Of a DNA stretch of 33,969 bases, positions 18,504 to 26,127 are shown one piece after another (the first letter of the stretch is position 1; every line of letters begins with the position of its first letter). The stretch is taken from contig JAPYTV010000001.1 in NCBI GenBank assembly GCA_029941985.1, positions 1 to 33,969 on the forward strand. Direction: 5' to 3'. The notes below the pieces were generated by a model that saw only the letters and a list, made by a program, of their open reading frames with translations, made no database searches and was not told where the DNA came from. The translations under genes were made by a program, and so were the position numbers. The DNA comes from Candidatus Pelagibacter sp. (GTDB taxonomy: Bacteria > Pseudomonadota > Alphaproteobacteria > Pelagibacterales > Pelagibacteraceae).

Positions 18504-19472
18504 ATGAATTTTAAGATTGATAATTTACAGTATTGCAATTGGTCTAGAAAAATCTTTCAAATTAATAGAGAGGCTGGACTAGATGCCGTTCATGTGACCA
18601 TTGTTTACCATGAAGACTTTGATGAGCTTCAAAATGTTATTAACTCTTGGAATAAACATTTTAAAGAAAATTCAGATTTAATTTTTTTAGGTAAAGATTT
18701 TAAAGATATTGAAAAAGCAAAAATTGAGAACAAAACAGCAATTTTTTTTGGTTTTCAGAACTGCTCACCTATAGAAGATGATATTGGTTTAATAGAAAAA
18801 ATTCATGAACAAGGATGTAAGTTTATGCAGCTTACCTATAACAATCAATCATTACTTGCTACTGGCTGTTATGAAAAAAATGATAGTGGAGTCACAAATT
18901 TTGGAAGAGAAGCAATTAAAGAAATGAACAGAGTTGGTATAGTAATTGACATGTCTCATTCAGCAGAACAAAGCACACTAGATGCGATAGATATTAGTGA
19001 AAAACCAATTGCAATTACCCATGCAAATCCAACCTTTTGGTATTCAGCTAAAAGAAATAAATCAAGTGATTTATTAAAAACTTTAGCAGATAGTGGAGGA
19101 ATGCTTGGCCTTTCTTTATACGCACACCATTTAAAAGATAGCAGCAAATGTACACTTGAAAGTTTTTGTGAAATGGTCGCAAAAACTGCAGAAATCATGG
19201 GTGTAAAAAATATTGGTATTGGATCTGATTTATGTCTTAATCAACCAGATAGCATAGTTGAGTGGATGAGAAATGGAACATGGACTAAAGCTAAAAATTA
19301 TGGCGAAGGATCAAAAAATAAACCTGGCTTTCCGGAACAACCAAACTGGTTCATAGATGCGAGAGGATTCAAAAATTTAGAAGTAGGATTAAAAAAAGTT
19401 GGTTTTAATAATGATGAGGTGAATGGTGTTTTGGGTAATAATTGGTATAATTTTTATAAAGGAATAAATTAG
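18504..19472 (+). CDS. Peptidase M19 (membrane/renal dipeptidase-like) amidohydrolase with atypical metal ligands
   Basis: MQLTYN, GVTNFG..IKEMNRVG..IDMSH, THAN, RNK, GIGSD. Shows IDNLQ in place of HxD and GFQN in place of the bridging Glu. Confidence 0.85.
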   Translation: MNFKIDNLQYCNWSRKIFQINREAGLDAVHVTIVYHEDFDELQNVINSWNKHFKENSDLIFLGKDFKDIEKAKIENKTAIFFGFQNCSPIEDDIGLIEKIHEQGCKFMQLTYNNQSLLATGCYEKNDSGVTNFGREAIKEMNRVGIVIDMSHSAEQSTLDAIDISEKPIAITHANPTFWYSAKRNKSSDLLKTLADSGGMLGLSLYAHHLKDSSKCTLESFCEMVAKTAEIMGVKNIGIGSDLCLNQPDSIVEWMRNGTWTKAKNYGEGSKNKPGFPEQPNWFIDARGFKNLEVGLKKVGFNNDEVNGVLGNNWYNFYKGIN

Positions 19473-21133
19473 TGCAAGTAGAGTTAAGAAATCCCAATGT
19501 CATAATGAAATTATCTAGGTTGGGATCTTTTCATCAATCAAAATTATCTTTTTTAAGAAGCTTTTTAAAAGAATTCAAAGACTGGGAATATAAAAGAGAT
19601 TTATTTGATTTAGATGAATTTGGTTATGGTGTTGCTGTTTATTCATTTAAAAAAAATAATAGAGTTTATTCTTTAATTTGTTTTGCTAATGAACTAAGTG
19701 AAAACGAAAGATCAGATAGGGTTATTGCAACAAAATGGGATGCTGCATTTACACTTCATGATGGTGTTCCTACAAAAAAAGATATTGAAAGATTAAAAAA
19801 TGAAGTACCCAAACAAGAAGTGGGAAGACTTTCGTATAAAGAATTAACTTTATCTAGAGCAAATAAGTCAGTACGTATATTTGACCATGTAGTTGAAAGT
19901 TTGAGCAGTGGAATTCAACCAGATATAAATTTGCTATCTAAAGTAGGTTACCTTTATCGAACAACAGCCGTCTATGGTTCTGGAAAATTTGGTTTAGCAG
20001 ATAGATTTAGAATTAAGAATAGAGAGGAGATTTATGGACCTTTTCGTCTTGAAATGATGTTGGTATATTTTGTTAGACAATTTACTTTTGATCAAGTTAA
20101 TCATGTAGCAAAAAATAAAAATCCAAAAAAAGCAGTTAATTTAGACCCAGAAATATGTAGAAACCTTGGAATAGGTAATTCTACAGGATTAGGAATGGCG
20201 CCATTTATAGTTAATCATCCTACGCTTTTAAATAATTGGATATATGCAAGAGAAGTGGCATTAAAAAAGATAAGAGAAATAAAAAATGTAAAAACTGAAA
20301 ACAGTGATCTATTTAAGAATTGTTTGAAAAAATCTATTAAAAATATAACATCTTGGAATACAGAAAGCGAGTATCAAAAAAAAAAAATTAAATCATTATT
20401 AAGAGATTTAAATATTTTTATTAATTTTCTTGAAAAAAATTTTGATTTTTCAAAAGAATTTGCATTTAACGAAATTTATTTGTGGCTAGAAAAAAATTCT
20501 GAAGAAGAGTGTATAGAGTATGTTGTTTCGATGATGATGGAACCATATGATGATATTGTAAATCCACTAATTAATACAATGAGTTCGGAGGAAGAAAAAT
20601 ATTTTAATATACCAACAGATAGAACTGTTTTTGAATTAAGAACTATATTAGAAAACAAATATTCTAAGATATTAAAAATAGATTTTTCAAAAAAAGAAAA
20701 TAATCAAAACTTTTGGTTTATTTCTAAAAATAAAGAAGAACCAAGATTAGCAGATAGATTTATGGAAAGTGGATCTGAGCTAGAGCAACCACTTGCTATA
20801 GCAAGAGACATAAAAAAGCTTTACGATGCATTATCTGTATTTAAAAACAGCTCAACAATTGATAAATTTTTAGTAAAAAATTCAGATTTGAGACATGTTG
20901 TTAGGAGAGCATTTGTAATTGAAAAATTTCCATATTCAGAAATACAAGATAATACAATAGGGCAATCTATTATACCTATTGACATGTTAAGGTTAAAATT
21001 GTCTTTTTTTGGTGCATTAAAATTTGATCCTAGATCTGATAAGTGGCTGAGAATATGCATGTTTCAAGGCGCACCATTACCTGAACAATTAAAAAATTAC
21101 GATGATCATTGGGTCTATAACTCATTAAATTAA
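19472..21133 (+). CDS. Protein of unknown function (553 aa), translationally coupled to the M19 gene
   Basis: GTG overlaps the upstream TAG; long ORF with enzyme-like motifs RSDRVIA, RANKSVR, YRTTAVYGSGKFG, GIGNSTGLGMAPF, KEEPRL, FDPRSDKW. Confidence 0.85.
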   Translation: MQVELRNPNVIMKLSRLGSFHQSKLSFLRSFLKEFKDWEYKRDLFDLDEFGYGVAVYSFKKNNRVYSLICFANELSENERSDRVIATKWDAAFTLHDGVPTKKDIERLKNEVPKQEVGRLSYKELTLSRANKSVRIFDHVVESLSSGIQPDINLLSKVGYLYRTTAVYGSGKFGLADRFRIKNREEIYGPFRLEMMLVYFVRQFTFDQVNHVAKNKNPKKAVNLDPEICRNLGIGNSTGLGMAPFIVNHPTLLNNWIYAREVALKKIREIKNVKTENSDLFKNCLKKSIKNITSWNTESEYQKKKIKSLLRDLNIFINFLEKNFDFSKEFAFNEIYLWLEKNSEEECIEYVVSMMMEPYDDIVNPLINTMSSEEEKYFNIPTDRTVFELRTILENKYSKILKIDFSKKENNQNFWFISKNKEEPRLADRFMESGSELEQPLAIARDIKKLYDALSVFKNSSTIDKFLVKNSDLRHVVRRAFVIEKFPYSEIQDNTIGQSIIPIDMLRLKLSFFGALKFDPRSDKWLRICMFQGAPLPEQLKNYDDHWVYNSLN

Positions 21134-21745
21134 ATGAAATCTTTAAGTGAAATCGAAACGGTATCAAAAAGATCAAGTAAAGCTGCTGGCTTTTCCTGGG
21201 GTATTGCTGAAGAAGTTGGAAAAAATATTAGAATATTAGAACTGTTTGGATTAGGAGGAATAAAAAACTTAAATTATTATTTCAGAGTTAGAAATAAGAG
21301 AAATTTTGAAAAACTACATCTAGTTAGCAATGAAAATAAAACAGCAAAACTAGAATTTTGTCCTATAATTGCTGGATTAAATTTTTTAGATCAAGTTAGA
21401 TCTTTAGAAATTTTAAATGAAATTATATTTGAAAAAATAGCCTATCCATTACTTTTTTTACCATTTGTAAGTAGGGCTTCGGAAGTTATTGGAAAGAAAA
21501 TACAATTAAAAATAGATAATAGAGTTTTTTTACTAAACTATAATAACAGCATATATTCAAATTCTTTAAATGAAGGTATTGTAGAGGTTGGAAATAACGT
21601 TTTAATTAAATTCCAAGAAAACAAAGACTCTTTTGAAGAAAATGAATGGAGAGAGCTTTACAAACTATCTGAAAACACCTTTGTTGAAGAAAGTGACAGT
21701 TTAAAACAAGACGGAGCTGGAGCAGGGTTAACAGATAACGACTAA
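21134..21745 (+). CDS. DUF3726 domain protein
   Basis: N-terminal SLSEIE...AAGFSWGIAEE and C-terminal GAGAGLTDND, recognised from memory as DUF3726; ATG abuts the upstream TAA. Confidence 0.75.
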   Translation: MKSLSEIETVSKRSSKAAGFSWGIAEEVGKNIRILELFGLGGIKNLNYYFRVRNKRNFEKLHLVSNENKTAKLEFCPIIAGLNFLDQVRSLEILNEIIFEKIAYPLLFLPFVSRASEVIGKKIQLKIDNRVFLLNYNNSIYSNSLNEGIVEVGNNVLIKFQENKDSFEENEWRELYKLSENTFVEESDSLKQDGAGAGLTDND

Positions 21746-21755
21746 ATAATTATAA

Positions 21756-22661
21756 CTATTTAAGCAAAGAAATTTCTTTAATATGTACAGGTCTGGTTTC
21801 ACAACATCCCCCTAGAATTGTGGCACCAGCATCCTTAAATTTTTTAGCGAATTCTGATATTTTTTCAGGAGTTAAATCTTTTCTTTGACCTAAAAATTCA
21901 TTTGGATTTCCATTGCTTTTTAAATAATTAGCAAGATACCCATCTTTTGGAGTTGTTGTTATAAATGCATTAAGTTTAAAGCCAAAAGGAATACCTAAAT
22001 TCTTAATTTCATCTAAATTTTTTTCAAAGTTTTCTGGTGAGACGCAAGAAAGCATCAATCCGAGTAAGTTTTTATGTTCAATTTTATTAATAATATCAGA
22101 GATACTTTCGTTACTTGGCAATTTAGTTCCTTTAGAAATATGAGCACCAATTAAGTATGGTTTATTAAAATCTTTTATAGCTTCAATCCCTAAGCTGAAT
22201 TCTTTTACACTGCTAAGTACATCAAAATAAAAAAAATCAACAAAAGGATTTAAAATTTTAGCTTGATCATAGAAGTCATTTTTAATTATATTATTGTCTC
22301 TTGTGTCAGCCTCGTATGTAACGTTTTGAGGAGGTAGACCTCCTGCAATTAAAACTTGAGGGTTTAATTTTTTAGCCTTCATAGCTATTTCACCAGCTTT
22401 TTTATTTAAATATTCAAATCTATCTTCAATGTTATTATCGCGTAATCTTTTTCTTCTTAATGTAAAAGTGTTTGTTACAATAACTTCTGCACCAGATTTT
22501 ATAAAATCTAAATGTGTATCTAATAAAAGGGGATGATATTTTTCTTGTATTAGAGCATTTGCACTCCAAAGAGTTCCATTAGGCTCCATTCCTCTAGCCA
22601 ATAATTCTTGACCCATTCCGCCATCTAAAATTCTTGTTTCTTTAAAAAAATCTTTATTCAT
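21756..22661 (-). CDS. Homocysteine S-methyltransferase family protein (BhmT/MmuM-like, Zn-dependent)
   Basis: LDGGMG, H..FIKSGA, LSC and GGCC zinc ligands. Start moved to ATG at 22661 because the track's GTG at 22673 falls in the SD/riboswitch (GUGAG lies 7 nt before the AUG). Confidence 0.9.
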   Translation of the reverse strand: MNKDFFKETRILDGGMGQELLARGMEPNGTLWSANALIQEKYHPLLLDTHLDFIKSGAEVIVTNTFTLRRKRLRDNNIEDRFEYLNKKAGEIAMKAKKLNPQVLIAGGLPPQNVTYEADTRDNNIIKNDFYDQAKILNPFVDFFYFDVLSSVKEFSLGIEAIKDFNKPYLIGAHISKGTKLPSNESISDIINKIEHKNLLGLMLSCVSPENFEKNLDEIKNLGIPFGFKLNAFITTTPKDGYLANYLKSNGNPNEFLGQRKDLTPEKISEFAKKFKDAGATILGGCCETRPVHIKEISLLK

Positions 22662-22668
22662 TTTATTG

Positions 22669-22730
22669 CTCACTTTTTTAGTGTTTTAACTTCATGTAAG
22701 ATACACATTATAGTTCAACTGCTTTTACTA
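22669..22730 (-). ncRNA. SAM-V riboswitch (translational; 3' end overlaps the SD)
   Basis: Minus strand reads GUAAAAGCAGUUGAACUAUAAUGUGUAUCUUAC...ACACUAAAAAAGUGAG, matching the SAM-V pattern GCAxUUGAAC..UGUG...CACUAAAAA-SD, directly upstream of a methionine-cycle gene. Confidence 0.85.
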
Positions 22731-22744
22731 ATTATATTAATGAT

Positions 22745-22797
22745 TTCCATTTTAGCAGTTAAAGCCTGCAATAAGGATTAAATCAGCAAAGTCTTTA
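22745..22797 (-). ncRNA. SAM-II riboswitch (upstream element of a tandem pair)
   Basis: Minus strand reads GCUGAUUUAAUCCUUAUUGCAGGCUUUAACUGCUAAAAUGGA, matching SAM-II GCUGAUUUAA-CC..AUUGCA...GCUAAAA..GG, with GCAG/CUGC and UCC/GGA pseudoknot pairings. Confidence 0.85.
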
Positions 22798-22822
22798 TAT
22801 ATAAAGTAAGCAGATTTGTAAA

Positions 22823-23413
22823 TTATTTCTTAAAGATAACTTTAGCGTTAAAAGAGAAGGATCTTCTTTCCCCTTCTACATTAAATGGGTAGGCTGCATG
22901 CATTAGATAATTAGGAAATATTATAAGATCACCAACTTTTGGATTTAGATTATAAATACTTTTGCTTAAAAAATTTTTTTGACCATTTATAAAATCAATT
23001 GTTCCATTTGTTTTAATCTTTTTATTTTTAACCATATTATTTTGGGTCATCTTTTTTGGTATTCTTAGGTAGCCAACACCTGAGAGCTGTTCTTCGTGAT
23101 AATGTATAGGATTATATTCATTTTTAAATTGTCTAACTACCCATACATTTATAATTTTTATTTCTTTGATTTTATTAAGACCTGAATTTGTTAAATATTT
23201 CTTAATATTTTTATTTAATTCTTTTGATAAGTTTTTTTTTACAAAAGTACTAGAGAATTTAATTTCATTTTTAATTTGACTAACAAGTTTAGAGCTATAA
23301 TCATTTTTTTTATTGATTATAGATTTATCAATTTGATTATTTATTATTTTGATAATCTTTTTTGATAATTTACCTTTTCCTAAAATTGGTCCAAATGGTC
23401 TAAAACTTTTCAT
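22823..23413 (-). CDS. Putative Fe(II)/2-oxoglutarate oxygenase (TIGR02466-like)
   Basis: W....KNEYNPIHYH...LSGVGYL, GDLIIFPNYLMH..YPF, RRSFSFN jelly-roll motifs. Confidence 0.75.
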   Translation of the reverse strand: MKSFRPFGPILGKGKLSKKIIKIINNQIDKSIINKKNDYSSKLVSQIKNEIKFSSTFVKKNLSKELNKNIKKYLTNSGLNKIKEIKIINVWVVRQFKNEYNPIHYHEEQLSGVGYLRIPKKMTQNNMVKNKKIKTNGTIDFINGQKNFLSKSIYNLNPKVGDLIIFPNYLMHAAYPFNVEGERRSFSFNAKVIFKK

Positions 23414-23448
23414 GATATTTATTTTATTATAATGATTTTGTTCAGATG

Positions 23449-24195
23449 TTATATGAATAATTTAAACCCTATTCTTGCAGCTACAAATATCACAAGCACA
23501 GCTGTTACTAGGGCTAATATGCGTGATGGAAATATTTTTAAATTTAGAAAATTACCTATTTGTCCACCAATTAAAACTGCTAAAAAAAGAAACCAGTAAT
23601 TTTGAATTTCAACAAAAATTAAACTTTTTGTTAATTGACCGCTAATTCCAAAAATGGAGTTTATTAATATAAATAGTGATGCAGTTGTAACTATATGTTT
23701 GGGTTTGCCTGCCTTTATTAAAAAAAGTATTGGACTTAAAAAAATGCCACCACCAATACCTACAATACCAGAAACAAACCCTAAAATTGCACCAATTACG
23801 ATAGAAATGAATTTAGGAATATTTTTGTAAGTTTCTTCTTCGTCATCATATGATTTAAATTTTAAAAGTAATAAAAATCCAGCTATCGTTAAAACTAAAA
23901 AAAGTAAAATTTCAAAAACCTTTTTTTCTACTGTAAGAGATCCACCTATAAAAGATAAGGGAATTGAGCCGATCAAGTAAGGTAATAATAATTTAAAATT
24001 AAGATTACCAGCTTTTGTGTAATTAAAGCAATTTCCAGAAACGACAATTATATTGCAGCAAAGAGCAATTACGGGAAATATGTAATATGGAATTTGCCAT
24101 ATCAATAAAAGAGCCAAATAGGTAGACCCTCCACCAAATCCAACACTTGAATATAATATTGCTGTTACAAAAAATAAAATTGATAATATAATCAT
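23449..24195 (-). CDS. TauE/SafE (TSUP) family permease
   Basis: About 8 TM segments in two repeats with SVGFGGG and GIVGIGGGIF..P motifs. Confidence 0.88.
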   Translation of the reverse strand: MIILSILFFVTAILYSSVGFGGGSTYLALLLIWQIPYYIFPVIALCCNIIVVSGNCFNYTKAGNLNFKLLLPYLIGSIPLSFIGGSLTVEKKVFEILLFLVLTIAGFLLLLKFKSYDDEEETYKNIPKFISIVIGAILGFVSGIVGIGGGIFLSPILFLIKAGKPKHIVTTASLFILINSIFGISGQLTKSLIFVEIQNYWFLFLAVLIGGQIGNFLNLKIFPSRILALVTAVLVIFVAARIGFKLFI

Positions 24196-24213
24196 AATAA
24201 CTAATTTAAATTT

Positions 24214-24714
24214 ATGATTGTAAACATAGCACTTTTAACTGTTACAGACACCAGAACTTTAGAGAATGATAAATCAGGCTTCATATTGGCAAATAAGATT
24301 GAAGAAGCAAAACATAAATTAATAGATAGAAAAATTTGTAAAGATAATAAAGAAGATATCATTATAATCTTAAAAGAATGGGTAAATCAAAAAAATATAG
24401 ATGTTATTATTACAACTGGAGGAACAGGTTTAACTGGTAGAGATATTACCCCTGAAGCTGTAAATGAAATTGCTGATAAACATATCCCAGGATTTGGTGA
24501 AGTTTTTAGAACTATCAGTCTTAAAACGGTTGGCACTTCAGCTATACAATCGAGAGCATGCGCTGTACTAGCTAAAGGAAAATATGTATTTGCGTTACCA
24601 GGTTCTTCAGGCGGTGTTACTGATGCATGGGATGGAATTTTAAAAGATCAATTAGATATCAATCACAAACCTTGCAATTTTGTAGAATTATTTCCGAGAC
24701 TTAAAGAGAAGTAA
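24214..24714 (+). CDS. moaB: Molybdenum cofactor biosynthesis protein B
   Basis: LTVTDTR..DKSG, TTGGTGLTGRDITPEA, PGFGE, QSRA, LPGS, PCNFVE. Confidence 0.93.
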   Translation: MIVNIALLTVTDTRTLENDKSGFILANKIEEAKHKLIDRKICKDNKEDIIIILKEWVNQKNIDVIITTGGTGLTGRDITPEAVNEIADKHIPGFGEVFRTISLKTVGTSAIQSRACAVLAKGKYVFALPGSSGGVTDAWDGILKDQLDINHKPCNFVELFPRLKEK

Positions 24715-24960
24715 TTATTTTTGGTATTTTTCTTTCCATTCAGAATAAGGCATTCCATAAACATGTTCTCGAGCTTCAGGATCGGTAATTGTAATACCTT
24801 TTTTTTCCGCTTCTTCTCGGTACCACTTAGATAAACAATTTCTGCAAAAACCAGCTAGATCCATTAGGTCTATATTTTGTACATCTTTTCTTTCACGCAA
24901 ATGACTTATTAGTTTTTCGAATGTAGCAGATTGTAGTTCTTTTTTTGTATTATTATCCAT
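24715..24960 (-). CDS. DUF1244 family protein
   Basis: DVQNIDLMDLAGFCRNCLSKWY...ARE.VYGMPY.EWK signature. Confidence 0.85.
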   Translation of the reverse strand: MDNNTKKELQSATFEKLISHLRERKDVQNIDLMDLAGFCRNCLSKWYREEAEKKGITITDPEAREHVYGMPYSEWKEKYQK

Positions 24961-24985
24961 AAATAATTAGTATATAAAATATTTA

Positions 24986-25564
24986 ATGAAACTTACCGGA
25001 TCATATCAAATTAATCTAGAAAAACAAAAAGTATGGGAAAGTTTAAATGATCCTGAAATATTAAAGCAAGCAATACCTGGCTGTGAAGATTTTAAAAAAA
25101 ATTCTGATACAGAGTTTACAGCTACTGTTACTAATAAAATTGGACCATTTAATGCGAGCTTTACAGGGGATGTAGAATTAAAAGATCTTAATCCCCCAAA
25201 CAGTTATAAAATTGTAGGATCGGGTAATTCCCCTGTTGGTTTTGCTTCAGGTGAAGCAATTGTTACACTTGAAGATTATATGGGGGGGACAAAACTTATT
25301 TATGGTGTTGAAGCAAATGTTGGCGGTAAAATTGCTCAAGTTGGATCTAGATTAATAGACATGACTGCAAAAAAAATGGCAGATATTTTTTTTGGCAAGT
25401 TTTCAGAATTAATTGTACCCCAATCCAACACATCTGAAGATAAGAAAATAGAAATATCAATTAAAGATAATAATAAAATTACAGAAAAATCATTTAAGAA
25501 AATTTTAACTTATACTTCTTTAATTATTATATTATCAATCATTGCATATTATTTTCTAGTGTAA
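24986..25564 (+). CDS. coxG: CoxG (SRPBCC domain with C-terminal membrane anchor)
   Basis: VWESLNDPEIL..IPGCE, IGP..A.F.G, VGGKIAQVGSRLID, linker and C-terminal TM helix. Confidence 0.9.
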   Translation: MKLTGSYQINLEKQKVWESLNDPEILKQAIPGCEDFKKNSDTEFTATVTNKIGPFNASFTGDVELKDLNPPNSYKIVGSGNSPVGFASGEAIVTLEDYMGGTKLIYGVEANVGGKIAQVGSRLIDMTAKKMADIFFGKFSELIVPQSNTSEDKKIEISIKDNNKITEKSFKKILTYTSLIIILSIIAYYFLV

Positions 25565-25588
25565 GTAGAAAATTAATAATTTTTAAAC

Positions 25589-25646
25589 TTGTACTAAACT
25601 CTCTGTTGTGATGTAATTTGTTTCTAATCGAGGAGGAGAGAGTTTG
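25589..25646 (+). promoter_or_regulatory. Candidate sigma70 promoter plus inverted repeat in the coxS leader
   Basis: TTGTAC (25589-25594), 17-nt spacer, TGTAAT (25612-25617); AGGAGG SD at 25631-25636; AAACTCTCT (25596-25604) is complementary to AGAGAGTTT (25637-25645). Confidence 0.5.
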
Positions 25647-26108
25647 ATGTCAAAAGTAACTTTAGAGGTTAATGGTAAAAAAGTTAGTAAAGACGTACCT
25701 AATCATACAATTTTATCAGATTTTTTAAGAGACAATCTAAATTTAACAGGAACACATGTTGGCTGTGATACCAGTCAATGTGGAGCTTGCGTTGTACATG
25801 TAGATGGAAAATCAATAAAAAGTTGTTCAACTTTAGCTGCTGATGTTGATGGTTCAAAAGTGACAACGATAGAGGGTTTAGTTAAGGACGGGAAGATGCA
25901 TCCAATGCAAGAAGCATTTAAAAAAATGCATGGGTTGCAATGTGGTTTTTGTACACCTGGTATGGTTATGAGTGCAATTGACCTATTACAAAATAAAAAA
26001 AATCCAAGCGATGCAGAAATTAGAAAATGGTTAGAAGGAAACATCTGCAGATGCACTGGTTATCAGAATATTGTTGCTGCAGTTAAAGAAGCTGCTTCAA
26101 AAGTGTAA
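25647..26108 (+). CDS. coxS: Molybdenum hydroxylase small subunit with two [2Fe-2S] clusters
   Basis: [33 protein letters not shown] at 25647 preferred over TTG at 25644. Confidence 0.93.
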   Translation: MSKVTLEVNGKKVSKDVPNHTILSDFLRDNLNLTGTHVGCDTSQCGACVVHVDGKSIKSCSTLAADVDGSKVTTIEGLVKDGKMHPMQEAFKKMHGLQCGFCTPGMVMSAIDLLQNKKNPSDAEIRKWLEGNICRCTGYQNIVAAVKEAASKV

Positions 26109-26127
26109 TTAAGGAAGGAAAAAAAAT

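Noticed and set aside
22662-22673. GTG start at 22673 for the methyltransferase
   Set aside because: It lies inside the SAM-V 3' strand and SD; ATG at 22661 has proper spacing.
25565-25646. Moco riboswitch upstream of coxS
   Set aside because: The spacer is only about 80 nt with a single helix; the multi-stem Moco RNA architecture is not visible.
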